This document shows, one piece after another, positions 49,787 through 61,608 of a stretch of DNA of 64,000 nt. Numbering within the stretch: the stretch's first letter is position 1; each line of letters opens with the position of its first letter. A model generated the notes under the pieces. That model worked only from the letters and a program-made list of their open reading frames with translations. It searched no databases and was not told the DNA's origin. Made by a program: the position numbers and the translations under genes. Source of the DNA: Okamejei kenojei (Eukaryota); assembly GCA_035221665.1 (NCBI GenBank), contig CM069133.1, forward strand, positions 138,074,001-138,138,000. The letters run 5' to 3'.

Positions 49787-50843
49787 AAGAACAATGGCAG
49801 CAGACAGTCAGGGTGGGCAGTAGGACATCAAAAACCATAGCCGTGAGCACTGGCTCGCCCCAAGGCTGTGTCCTAAGCCCCCTGCTGTTTAGTCTTACAC
49901 ACGACTGTACTGCTAGACTCAACAACAACTTCATCAACAAGTTCGCTGACGACACAACAGTGGTGGGTCTCATCAGTGACAAAGATGAGTCGGCATACAG
50001 GATGGAGGTGGAGCTGCTCACAGGATGGTGCAAATCCCACAATCTCATTCTCAACGTGGGAAAAACGAAGGAGATGGTGGTTGACTTCAGGAGGGCGGGA
50101 AAACAATGCCATAAACCTCTGCACATCGATGGAGCTGATGTGGAAAGGGTCAGCAGTGTGAAGTTCCTAGGACTCCACCTGTCAGATGACCTGACGTCCA
50201 CGACCAACACCACAGCACTGGTCAAGAGAGCCCAGCAGCGACTACACCCTCTCCGAAGACTACGGAAAGCAGGTCTCCCCACTGCACACCTACGAACTTT
50301 TTAAAGGGGGACAATCGAGAGCACATTAACCTACGGCATCACCTCCTGGTTCGGGAGCTGCAAGGCGTACGAACGGCACCAACTGGACAGGATTGTGAAG
50401 ACCGCCAGCAGGATTATTGGTGCTCCACTCCCTTTCCTGCTGGACATATACAGGAAGAGATGTATTAGCAGAGCCATCTCCATCATCAAAGACCCCTACC
50501 ACCCATCGCATCACATATTCTCCATCCTGCCATCTGGGAAGAGGTACAGGAGCATCAGCTGCAAAACCAGCAGGATGCTCCTCAGCTTCTTCCCGCAGGC
50601 TATAAGACTGATAAACGGACTTTGCCCCCTGCCAAAGTATCGCGCACCAACCGCCAACCTGGACACACTGAAGCAGAGCCATTGTCGTGCCACTGCCGAT
50701 CGGAACTCGTGATATATGTACTTTTATTCTCTATTTCTATTTATTTTTTACCGCACACTGAATGGACACTGGTTGAGAAACGTTTTTTCGTTTTCCTCTG
50801 GGTATGTAAGTACTCAGAAAAATGATAATAAAGATATACAATA
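49787..50843 (+). mobile_element. Rex1-clade LINE 3' fragment
   Basis: [31 protein letters not shown]; one in-frame stop at 50302; probable TSD TTATATA. Confidence 0.9.
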
Positions 50844-50859
50844 AGTTATATAGGACTAC

Positions 50860-51580
50860 ATAAAACAAGCTGGTGGAGGAGCGCAGTAGGTTAAGCTGCA
50901 TCTGTGAAGGGAATTGGACAGGCAGCGTTTTGTGTTGAGCCTCTGCTTCAGACTGAATGAGGACGTTATCTTTCCTGTAAAAAAATGTAGATGCCGGAAA
51001 TCTGAAATAAAAACAGAAAATACTGGAACCACACTGCCTGCAGTAGGATCTCTGGAAGGAGAGACAGCTGAGGTTTCAGGTCCGAGACTCTTCTCAGGAC
51101 TAAGAAAGAAATAAAAAACAAGTTTGTTTTAGGTAGCGGAGAAGGTGAGGGAGCAGAAAGGGTGGAACAATGTTATTAGCTTCTATAGAGGGAGACTATA
51201 GTGTTGCAGATAACCAGCGAAAGTCATATTCAGCTGTTTTTCCTGTGTAATGTGTTGTGAATAGTAAGGGCATGGGGAATGGCCAACAGATCATACACAC
51301 ATAGGAAAAGAAAGGAGAGAAATTGAGCCAAAGCAATGTTGACAGCAGAAATAGTCTGTTCTCATACACATAGAAAGAGAGGGCAAGTTACCTATGGTTA
51401 GATAATTTGAAAACTGATTCCTGCAGATTGCCATATGCACAGACCGAAAATGAGGTGCTATTTCTTAAGGTTGTGTTTTGGTTGTTATAATGGTGCTGGA
51501 ATTCACATTTGGTGAGGTCAGAAAGGGATGGTCAATTATAATGGCAGTTAACTGAACTCTCGATTACTCCTGGCAACTGA
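50860..51580 (-). mobile_element. Old PLE terminal fragments
   Basis: CTTCAGACTGAA and CAGACCGAAAATGAGGTGCTATTTC, resembling 10750-10800. Confidence 0.5.
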
Positions 51581-51589
51581 GCAAAGAGA

Positions 51590-52740
51590 TTAGAGGCATA
51601 CAGCGCAACTAGCCCATGTCAACCAACATGCCCCATCTACATTTGTCCGCCTGCCTTATTTGGCACATATTCCTCAAAACCGTTCCTGTCCATGTACCTG
51701 TCTAAATGTTTCTTAAATGTTGTGATAGTACTTGCCTCAACTATCTCCCCTGGTAGGTCTTTCCACCTACCACCCTTTGTGTAAAAAAAATGTTGCCCCC
51801 TCAGGTTTCTTTTAAATCTTTCCCCCCCTCCCTCTGGGTAAGAGCATTTACCCGATCTATTCCTCTCATGATCTTGTATACCTCTACACCACAGACCGTC
51901 AGGACCTGGCAACATCCTTGTATATCTTTCCTGCACCCATTTCAGCTTAACAACCTCTTTCCTATTACAGGGTACCAAAAGCTCTTGCAGCAGCATCTAA
52001 GGAGCGAAGGAGATATTTCCTATTACAGGGTGACCAAACCTGAACACAATACTCGAAAAATGGGGCCTCACCAATTTCTTGTACAACTGTAACATGACCT
52101 CCCAACATCTATACTCAATACTCTGACTGATGATGGCCTATGTGCTGAAAGCCTTCTTGACCACCCGATCTACTCATGAAGGAACTATGTACATGCACTT
52201 CTAGTTCCCTTTGCTCACTAGTACTCCCCAGACCCCCGCTATTCACTGTGTGAATAGGTCAGACCCTGGTTTGACTTCCCAAAAAGCAACACCTCGCACT
52301 TCTCTGTATTAAATCACTTTGAATCACTTCCCTCTGGAAGGTGACTCCGGACTGTCAAAGCTGCCACAGCCAGACATAAAAACAGTTTTTATCCACGAGT
52401 AGTTGCTCTACTCAACAGCCAAAAATCTGTAGCCTCCCTTTGATCTGGTATTTTGTTGGCTCACATGCTTAATCAATGGTGTTTTATCATTAATGTTTTA
52501 TTATTATTAATATTTAGTGTTTTCTGAGTCATTCGTAACTGTCACTGTATGTCATGTTGTTACTTGTGGGCGGAGCACCAAGGCAAATTCCTTGTATGTG
52601 AATACTTGGCCAATAAATTTACTTACTTACTTACTTACTTAAACTCCACAACCATTCATCAGCCCCCTTACCCAACCGATCAAGGTTCTGCAGCAATTTT
52701 TGACAACCATCTTCACTGTCTACCGACTTTAGTTGTCCAA
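51590..52740 (-). mobile_element. Older CR1 fragment interrupted by a Rex-type 3' end
   Basis: VQERYTRMLPG, FKKHLDRYMD in ORF 51637-51996. Confidence 0.72.
52324..52640 (+). mobile_element. Rex1-clade 3' end with (TTAC)n tail
   Basis: LPSGR..RTVKAATARHKNSFYP; AATAAA followed by (TTAC)5. Confidence 0.8.
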
Positions 52741-53389
52741 TCTGCATTTAGTTTCTTCAATGTAAAGAATGCCATATTCTGAACACTACAATAAATGCAA
52801 GAAAAATGCTGCTTCACCTGGAAGAACTGACTGGTTTCCTTGGTGATGGGAAGGCAAGAGGTGAAAGGATGGGTGTTGCATCTCCTGTGGAGATGCAAGC
52901 AACATGCCAAAGTGGAGTCGAGTGGAGTGGGGAAGGGGGGGGGGGGGGGGGGGGGAATTATTATTTGTCTCCCCTGGCTGAGGTGGCTGGAATCAGAATC
53001 CTAATTTGAAGACAAGAGGTCAATCATTTAGAGAAGATATCTCACCTTGAAGGATCTTTGGAATAATTTGCAGAAGAAATCCATTCATTGAGAGGATCTT
53101 TGGAATGTTATATCCTCCATACTAGGAAAGCTCAGCCACCGATGGATCAGGACAGAGGCTGAAAGTTTTAGAAATTGAAGAAATTATGGGAAAAGGACTA
53201 GTGCAGAAAAGAGGCACCATTTCAAATATCAACAAAGGTCCTCTGGATGGACACAGATGGCTCAGTGGCTTATCCTTGCTGCAATGTCTGATGCCCTTAC
53301 ATACAAACCTCTAATAACTTTACATTCCTTTTATCCTGACCTCAAAATTCTGTAGTTTCTTCAACTCAGTCATACTTTCAGTTATTTGA

Positions 53390-53660
53390 CAACTCCCCCA
53401 GGCTCTGGAATGATTTATCTAAACACCCCCCCCCCCCTCTCCATCCTATCTCTCTCTCTCTCTCCCTCTCCCTCTCCCTCTCCCCTCCCTCTCCCCCTCC
53501 CTCTCCCTCTCCCCCTCCCTCTGCCTTCAAAAACATTCTGTTAAATATATTGCTTTTGCCAAGCTTTTAGTCATTGACCTTAATATCTCCTTTCTTGATT
53601 TTGTGTGATGAATGATCTTGTGAACTGCCCTGCATTATGCCAAAGGTGCTTTTTAAACCA
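53390..53660 (+). mobile_element. L2-type 3' remnant with expanded C/T low-complexity tract
   Basis: CTCTGGAAT...CTAAAC [CT-rich] ...CCAAGCTTTT...AAAGGTGCT. Confidence 0.45.
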
Positions 53661-54684
53661 CTACTTATTTATACACACAAATTCTCTGCAGGGAATGTTG
53701 GCAAGAAACTGCCTGTACAGCTTAAATTTTGAAAAAAAAAAGAAGCTGGGTTTTTACTTTCAAATCTTGAATCTTTCAATTTACCAGATGTTATTGAAGA
53801 AGATATTGTGTAGCTGAAGCACGCTTTCACTCTGTTCATTTTATAGTTATATTTAGGTGGATAAAATACTGCCTCAGAAAGCTGCTTTATATCAAATGCT
53901 CTGTATGTAATACTGAAAAATGGCTTGGGATTTGACAAAGTAAAACGAATGCTGAATATGTTCAACTATATTTTCATAGAGCTGTTGGGATTAAGTAATG
54001 TGTGTGGTACATGGATTTAGATGGTTTGTCGAAATAAATAGGGACATCAGTGACTTGCACTACTTGTTCGCAGTGATAAGAGGATGTATGATGACAGTCT
54101 TCTGAAAATAAATTGATGTTTTTATTTGTTATTATGAGTGCACCCTATATATGCATGGCTGCAAGAAATAGAAATGCTTAGAATTTTCTTTTGCAGTTCA
54201 ATAGATATTATTTTCTTCAAATTTCAACAATTGATTAAGGTTATTTAAATGCATCAATGGTCTGTTGTACACGAGCAGTATTTCTTGTTCTTAATTATTG
54301 TTCTCCTTGTTGGCCTGGAACATATTTCACTATATCAACCTGTACATACCTGGCAGATCCCTACTGTCAAGTCAAGTTTACTCGTCACATACACATACGG
54401 GATGTGCAGTGAAATGAAAAGTGGCAATGCTCGCGGACTTTGTGCAAAAAACAAACAGACAAGCAACAAACTACAAACAGAATGGAACAGAATCACATGT
54501 TATTTTACATATTAAATATTGTGGGCGGTATTGTGGTCCAGTAATTGTGAATCCGGTCTGTGCTGAGTCAACAAGATATTGTTTCTAGGCATTGAACTGG
54601 GGCTGGGAAAAATAGCCACAACCTCTGTTGCTAATCAATATCTTTTTGGAAAATGCAAATGTTTTTTTTTGTTTTTTTATTATT

Positions 54685-54948
54685 CCAGCATGGAAACAGG
54701 CCCTTTGGCACCCCAAGTCCATGTTAAACATCGATCACCTGTTCACACTAGGTCTATGTCCTACACACTAGGGGCAAATTACAGGAGCCAATGAGTCTAC
54801 AACCTGCAACCATAGCACCCGGAGAAAACCCACACGGGTCACAGGGAGAACGTGCAAGCTCCACATCGACAGCACCCGTAGTCAAGATTGAACCCACGTC
54901 TCTGGCGCCCTGAGTCAGCAGCTCTACCGCTGCACCGCTGTGCCACCC
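54685..54948 (-). mobile_element. HE1-like SINE
   Basis: GCAGCTCTACCGCTGCACCGCTGTGCCACC is the reverse complement of the SINE head. Confidence 0.82.
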
Positions 54949-55754
54949 ACAAAATGTGCAGATGACCAGTAAACAGCAGCCAGCATACATTCAGAGGGAC
55001 AATAATATCACCTTGTAACAAAGCAATCTGAAGGATGGCCCAGATCTCAAAGTTGGGACTATGACATTCCAATTTACATAAATGACCAGGAAACTCAATG
55101 CAAATTGATCCAAACTTACAGAGGGAATAAAATCAGGAGGGGCGGTAAAGCTTTTAAAGGGTCAGATCAGAAGCTGTAAAGATGTAGATTGGCAGAATAT
55201 TGAGCAGACAAAATGTTATACCTATAAATGTAAAATATTATGCGCTGAATTAATAGAATAAATGAAAAGCAAACTTCATGATTGGCTCAGCCGACAGAGA
55301 ATAGAACTGAGGTTCGTAAACTACGTAAGCAAAATATTAGAATATAAAATCAGAGGCATTTTATAATCTGGGCTGAACAAATCCATTTCTGTGCACTGAG
55401 AAGAGAGGAAATTCAAGCATTGCAGGTCATGCAGAGAAGTGTTGATGTCAGGAAACTGAGTTAAAGGGAAGAGTGCGGAAAATCAGGCTTTTCAATTTAG
55501 GGAGAGTGTAATTGAGATGATCTTGTCGAGGGCTTAATATAGTTAAGGGTATAAGAAACATATCCCGAAATAATGCCCTGAAGCAGTAACTGTTTCTTTC
55601 CAAACAGATATATCTTCACATATTGAGTATTAATGACCTTATTTATTTAAATCTGTCAATATTATCTGCTTATATTTTATTTGGCAAATTTTATGAGGTA
55701 TCAGGCAGTATTGATTGAATATTGATTAATTAATTGATTGAATAATGCCATAAA

Positions 55755-56568
55755 AACCCATAGGAGCATAATTAAACCATTGGGCCCATCGAGTCTGCTC
55801 TGCCATCCAATCAAGGCTAATCTATCTTTCCCTCTCAACAACATTCTCCTGCTTTCTCCCCATAACTGTTCACACTCATGTTAGTCAAGGTCCTATCAAT
55901 ATCTGCTTTAAAAATACCCAGTGACGCAGCCTCCGCAGCCATCTGTGGCAATGAGTTCCACGCATTTAGCAACCATCCTCTGGCTAAAGGAATTCTTTAG
56001 CCAGAGAATTCTTTAGCCAGCGGCCCGGCTGCGGCGCTCCAGCGGCTCTCCAGCGGTGCTCCAGCGGCGGCTCGGCTTCAGAGCTCCGGCGGCTCCAGCG
56101 TTCCCGTGGTCGATCCTGGCTGGGGGCTGTGGTGGTGTTCCGGCGTTCCGGCGGCGGCGGCGGTGGCGGCCTGGCTTCGGAGGCTCGGCCGCGGGCCTGG
56201 TGGACGATGACATCGAAGGCCTGGATTGCCTCAGTACAGAGGGGGAACAAGTAGGGAAAATGACAAAGACTTTAAGACTTTTGCCTTCCACCACAGTGAG
56301 GAGGTGCTTGGTGAACTCACTGTGGTGGATGTTAAATTATGTGTTTATTGTGTGTTTTGTTTTAATTTATTACATGTTATGACTGCAAGGTAACAAATTT
56401 CGTTCAGACCGAAAGGTCTGAATGACAATAAAGGAATCTGAATCTGAATCTGAATCTGAATCTGAATCTTCCTGATCCCCAATCTGAAGGTACATCCTTT
56501 TATTCTGAGGCTGTGCCTTCTGGTCCTAGTGGAAACATCCTCTCCACATCCATTCTATCCAGGCCTTT
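55755..56568 (-). mobile_element. CR1 3' end split by a plus-strand element
   Basis: GGCAATGAGTTCCAC ... resumes TCCTGATCCCCAATCTGAAGG..TATTCTGAGGCTGTG. Confidence 0.78.
55997..56469 (+). mobile_element. CpG-rich non-autonomous retroelement with (CTGAAT)n tail
   Basis: GC-rich body; stem-loop TTCAGACC-GAAA-GGTCTGAA; GACAATAAA; (GAATCT)6. Confidence 0.7.
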
Positions 56569-56862
56569 CGATGGATCAGCAGCTCCAATGAGCATCACTG
56601 CTTGCTTCAACTTGACATTTGCTGCAGGAGGTGGCTGTAGTAAGGTTTTTGGCCTAGTGTGGAGACAAATTAAGAAAATTATCAGGGACACCTAGCTTGC
56701 TGAAGGTACTTTTCAAATAGGACCAGATTTGGTTTCCATTTATATAAAATTTTATGTTCCATGCAAAAGTTGCCTTTCTCTCTCCACATGGTTAATCACT
56801 CATTCAAACATTAAAAGGAGCAGCTATTTTACCAAAAGGCTTAAATCAAAATAAATGTTACT

Positions 56863-57345
56863 GGGTAGACAAAAATGCTGGTGAAACTCAGCGGGTGCAG
56901 CAGCACCTATGGAGCAAAGGAAATAGGCAGCGGTTCGAGCCAAAACCCTTCTTCATCCTACAAATGTTACTGGGTGCTGGAGGAATTCAGCAGGCCAGCC
57001 AGCATCTGTGGAGATTCAATTCAATTCAATTCAATCTTTAATTGTCATTGTGCAGTGTACAATACAGAGACAACGAAATGTAGTTGGTATCTCCGAAGGG
57101 CGAACTTACGAATAAACAAGTAATTGCGCAGTAGTATGAGTATATACATCTATACATAATAAGATAAGAGGATAAGAGGATGTTAAACATTTTGGGTCGA
57201 GGCCCTGCATTAGGCGTGAACAGGGTTTCGAACTTGTTGATAATTGCTTTGACTTCACAGATGCTGCCAGAATGGTTAAGATTCTCCAGCAGTTTGTTTT
57301 TTTTTGCCTAAGATTCCTACGTCTGCAGCCTCTTGTGTCTCTAAA
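56863..57345. mobile_element. Cluster of PLE termini with a Rex-type tail insert ((ATTCA)n at 57014)
   Basis: GGGTAGACAAAAATGCTGG...CCCTTCTTCA; AAATGTTACTG recurs at ~56853, ~56961 and ~57343. Confidence 0.6.
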
Positions 57346-57679
57346 TGTTACTGTGACGTGTAGTAATTTGAATGTGCTGACAGAGCGAGAAGTGGAATTA
57401 CTTTTATTAACACAGTGCACCACAAAAATCCAAATCTAAAGGCATTTTCAACACCAGACATTCATGTTGTAGCTAAAACAACCATGGTGCTTCTACTTTA
57501 CTTTGGAGTCACGTGAGTGATTACGTGAACAAGCCCCGCCTGGCGCATAATCGGCATTACATCGACGCTGTCGGTAGGGAAAGAGCTGCAGAGCGCAGCT
57601 CCACCAGCGGTAAGGAACAGGCCCACAGGTAAGTGGATTTACTTTACTTCCAGGGCAGTTCAAACTCCATTACGCTGGC

Positions 57680-59128
57680 GTGCAGAGCCAGGAGCAGTTA
57701 AAAATTAAAATGGAGAAAGTCCAGAAAAAATCACCGCGGGTTAAACGAGCGTCCCGGGGAGAAGAAAAACAGTCGAGACATGAGATAAGTGCGGAGCCGG
57801 TTCCGATACCGGTGGCCGTGGACATACCCGTTAGTGAGCCCGTAGTTGCTCCTCAAACAAAAGCCACAGAGGAAATTCCTGTATCAAAGAACAGTAAAAG
57901 GAAATCCGAGAGGCCCGTGGTTTCTGATGACTCTGATAGTGAAAGTCCTCCGGATAGAAAAGCCATGTGGCTAAGAATGGAACACATGGAGAAAGTTCTC
58001 CAAGGGTCCAAGAACCCAGAATATTCCCAAGCAGGCCCAGAGGGGTTTGCGTATCAAAAATACGGCACTATGGCAAATTGGGAATTTGAAACTCCAGAGC
58101 CTGGAATTGGGCTGGAGGAAGTCTCCTTTGAGCAAGTGTCAGGAGTACCAGGGCTGCAAGAGACAGACCCTGAAGGTGGTGATATTGGCCATGAGTACCC
58201 ACCACAATACAAAAAGATGAAACCAGGTGTGCCTGATGTAGCACAAAGTTTTGCTATACCTGAAGGAAGTGGTGAGGCCATGGAAGAAAACCTGGCGGCC
58301 AACATTAATTACTTGGTTTCTCACCAGCTTCAAGAGGCTGTTATGGTTGAAGCAGCAGAATTATATAAAACACCGGTGAATTGTGCCTCACTGAGGGTAC
58401 CTACGGTGAATGCGACTATTTGGACTCCCATGTCATCAGTTATGCGGGCACTGGAAATACGTTTTCAAAGAGTCCTCAAACTTATTTCAGCTGGCATCAC
58501 TGCTTTTGGGAAGCAAGTGGAAGGTTCTGCAATGACCAAAATTCAAAAAGATATGTTGGCTTTATTCTGCAATTCATTTTTTGAGCTGAATTGTACGAGG
58601 AAAATTGCCATTTGGCCCATTTTGCGCCCTAGATTTGCAGGTTTGTGCAGAACTAGTAATGTTCAAACTCCTGGTTATTTGTTCGGAGAAAACCTGCCCA
58701 AGCAAATCAAAGATATGGATGAAGAGGCAAAATCTATCAGCCTCATGAAACCCTTCGTCTTTGGCCAAAGAAGGTCTGGTGCAATGAGAAGGGGATTTGA
58801 TTTTGGAGCTGGAACATGCAGAGGCAGGAGTATGGTAAGGAAGTATTACCACCCAGCACAGCCTAATGTTCACCCATATGTGGGGAGAAGGAGACCATCA
58901 CATGTGTTTGGAGAGGTACAAAAACTTTATTCTATCACAGAGGAATCTTTGGATGAACCACCTATTGGTGGTAGATTACAATTATTTTATGATGAATGGG
59001 ACTGTATAACATCTGACCGGTTTATATTAGATACTGTGTCAGGAGCTACAATAAAATTTGTAGAAGGTACTGATCCACTGGTACAGAATAAACCTAATCG
59101 TGTTCTGCACTTGATAAAGCTGAAATAA
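57680..59128 (+). CDS. DIRS ORF1 (gag-like) running in frame into the RT N-terminus; first ATG at 57709
   Basis: P.NC..L.VP.VN..IW and LFGENL gag-like motifs; PIGGRL..F...W..IT.D..IL is the typical start of DIRS RT. Confidence 0.75.
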   Translation: MQSQEQLKIKMEKVQKKSPRVKRASRGEEKQSRHEISAEPVPIPVAVDIPVSEPVVAPQTKATEEIPVSKNSKRKSERPVVSDDSDSESPPDRKAMWLRMEHMEKVLQGSKNPEYSQAGPEGFAYQKYGTMANWEFETPEPGIGLEEVSFEQVSGVPGLQETDPEGGDIGHEYPPQYKKMKPGVPDVAQSFAIPEGSGEAMEENLAANINYLVSHQLQEAVMVEAAELYKTPVNCASLRVPTVNATIWTPMSSVMRALEIRFQRVLKLISAGITAFGKQVEGSAMTKIQKDMLALFCNSFFELNCTRKIAIWPILRPRFAGLCRTSNVQTPGYLFGENLPKQIKDMDEEAKSISLMKPFVFGQRRSGAMRRGFDFGAGTCRGRSMVRKYYHPAQPNVHPYVGRRRPSHVFGEVQKLYSITEESLDEPPIGGRLQLFYDEWDCITSDRFILDTVSGATIKFVEGTDPLVQNKPNRVLHLIKLK

Positions 59129-60828
59129 AAGAAGAGGTACATAATTTGTTTAAAAAAGGAGTTATTGAGAAAACTGTTAAGCATCCACAACAATTTGTAT
59201 CAAATATTTTTCCAAGACCTAAGAGAGATGGTGGTAGTAGAATCATTCTGGACCTTACACACTTTAATACATTTGTCCAGTTCAAGATGGATACCTTCAA
59301 CACTGCAAGACAATTGTTATCAGCAGGTTGTTACATGGCTACTATAGATTTGAAGGATGCGTATTATTCAGTACCAATTCATCGTCATTTTCGAAGGTAC
59401 TTAAAGTTTAGTTGGATGGGACAGCTATGGCAATTTAAGGCATTACCTAATGGATTAAGCTCAGCTCCTAGGCTGTTCACAAAATTGTTGAAACCAGCAC
59501 TTGCACAGCTAAGGGCACAAAAACACATTGTTATGGCTTATCTGGATGACATTTTAATTGTCAATGCTAATCAGGAGTCAGCTGAAAAATCAGTTTCAGC
59601 AACTACAAGCCTGTTTGAAAGGCTAGGGTTCCTGATCCATCCAACAAAATCTAAGCTACAGCCATCCCAAACAATTGACTATTTGGGGTTTGTGATGAAT
59701 TCAGTTACCATGTTAGTGACTTTACCAATAGACAAAATTGTTGATGTTACAAATGAATGTTGTTGCCTTATTCACAAACCTTATCCCTCCATCCGAGAAG
59801 TAGCAAAGGTTATTGGTAAGTTAGTAGCAGCATTTTCTGCAGTGGAATTTGGTCCACTACATTACCAAAATCTCCAAAGGGTAAAAGCATAAGCATTAAA
59901 AAAGCGAGCAGGCCATTTCGATAGGCCTATGCAATTACCAAAGGAGACTTTATCAGAGTTACAGTGGTGGATTGAGAATGTTCCACAAATTGCTAAAAAC
60001 ATGTTAGTACAGCAGTAGTAGTGTTTTTACAAACTGATCCAAGTGCTCTCGGATGGGGGGGGGGGGGGGGGGGGGGGGGGGTCGTCTACGGATAATTTCA
60101 CCAGCTGTGGTGGCAGATGGACTGTCCAAGAGGAATTGTTTCTCCAAACGTATGGTTTCAATTATTTGGAGTTATTGGGGGCATTTTATGGATTAAAAGC
60201 TTATTGTTCTACTATGAGGGATTTGCATGTCTAATTACAAGTAGACAATAATCACATGGGTGGTGTAAGATCATTATCATGTGTTTGTCTGGTTAACCAG
60301 ATATGGCATTGGTGTATTGATAATAATAATATTTGGCTTTCAGCAATTTATCTCCCTGGGAAAGACAATGGTGTGGCAGACAACAGATCAAGAAAATTTA
60401 AAGACAATACGGAATGGATGTTAAATCCACAAGTTTTCAATAATATTGTCAGTCGGTATGGATTACCAGACATTGATCTGTTTGCATCTAGATTAAATCA
60501 CCAATTGCCCAAATACGTATCTTGGGAACCCGATCCAGGAGCAGTAGCAGTGGATGCATTCTCGCTACATTGGGGGAATATGTTATTTTATGGTTTTCCC
60601 CCATTCTGCCTGATTGGGCAATGTCTTACGAAAATAGAGCAAGACTCTGCCACAGGCATACTGGTGGTTCCAAATTGGCCTACACAGGCTTGGTTCCCAT
60701 TGATGCTTAAAATGATTATGGAACCATTTATGACGATTCCTAGCTGCAGTAATTTGTTGGTGCAACCAGTAACAAAAGAAATTCATCCATTGCATGATCA
60801 TATGAATTTGTTAATCTGCAGGTTCTGA
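59104..60828 (+). pseudogene. DIRS RT / RNase H / Dam-like methyltransferase ORF with stops and frameshifts
   Basis: IDLKDAYY, LPNGLSSAPRLFTK, YLDD, YLGF, TD.S..GWG, NYLELL, N.VAD..SR, DIDLFAS, FPPF, VVPNWPTQAWFP. Confidence 0.92.
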
Positions 60829-60836
60829 CTAAACCA

Positions 60837-61608
60837 TTGCAAGGGCTTGGACTGTCAGATAGGACCATGGATGTTATAGCTTCAGCTTGGCGAAATAGCA
60901 CTAAAAAACAATATATGTCGCATATAAAGAAATGGGAAGTCTTCTGTAGACAGTCAAAGATATCTTATCATACTGCGAACATATCAACTGTATTGGAGTT
61001 CCTTGCTGGGTTGCATTTTGATGAGCACTTAAGCTATAGTGCCATTAATAGTGCTCGTAGTGCTTTATCGTCCTATTTGGGACAAATTTCTGACTGTGAA
61101 TCAATCGGGTCTCATCCATTAATATCCCGGTTTATGAAAGGGATTTTTAATAAAAATCCTCCAAACCCAGATATACAGAAATTTGGGATGTCAGCATTGT
61201 GCTTACTTTGCTTAGGCAATGGACTCCAATCACGTCAATGTCTTTGCAAAAATTAACATTTAAAGTGGTAATGTTAATGGCATTAGTGTCAGCACAAAGA
61301 GTACAAACATTGCAAATGTTACGTTTAGATTGCATGCTTCAGATAACATTGTGTTTTATGTTTATGGTCTAATCAAACAAAGCAGACCAGGGAAAACTGG
61401 GACCAAGGTAATGTTTAAAGCTTACCCTGTTGATCAAACACTGTGTGTAGTTAAACATTTGACTCAATATATTGAAGTAACCAAGAGTCTCCGGTGTGGT
61501 GAGACAGCGTTACTGATTACGCACAAAAAACACATACAAAAGTATCAGTACAAACCGTTTCTAGATGGTTAAAACAGGTTTTGGATTTAGCAGGAGTAGA
61601 CACTGATG
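60837..61608 (+). pseudogene. DIRS tyrosine recombinase, frameshifted and lacking the C-terminal H-x-x-R and Y
   Basis: ST.KQY, SAINSARSALS, HPLISRFMKG, LVSAQRV, KQSRPG, LCVV, SRWLK; the corresponding C-terminus survives (degraded) only in copy 1 at ~25420-25550. Confidence 0.88.

Noticed and set aside
57629-57653. Mini-intron GTAAGT...TTCCAG in the DIRS leader
   Set aside because: About 25 nt, too short for a vertebrate spliceosomal intron; only the donor is retained as a candidate.
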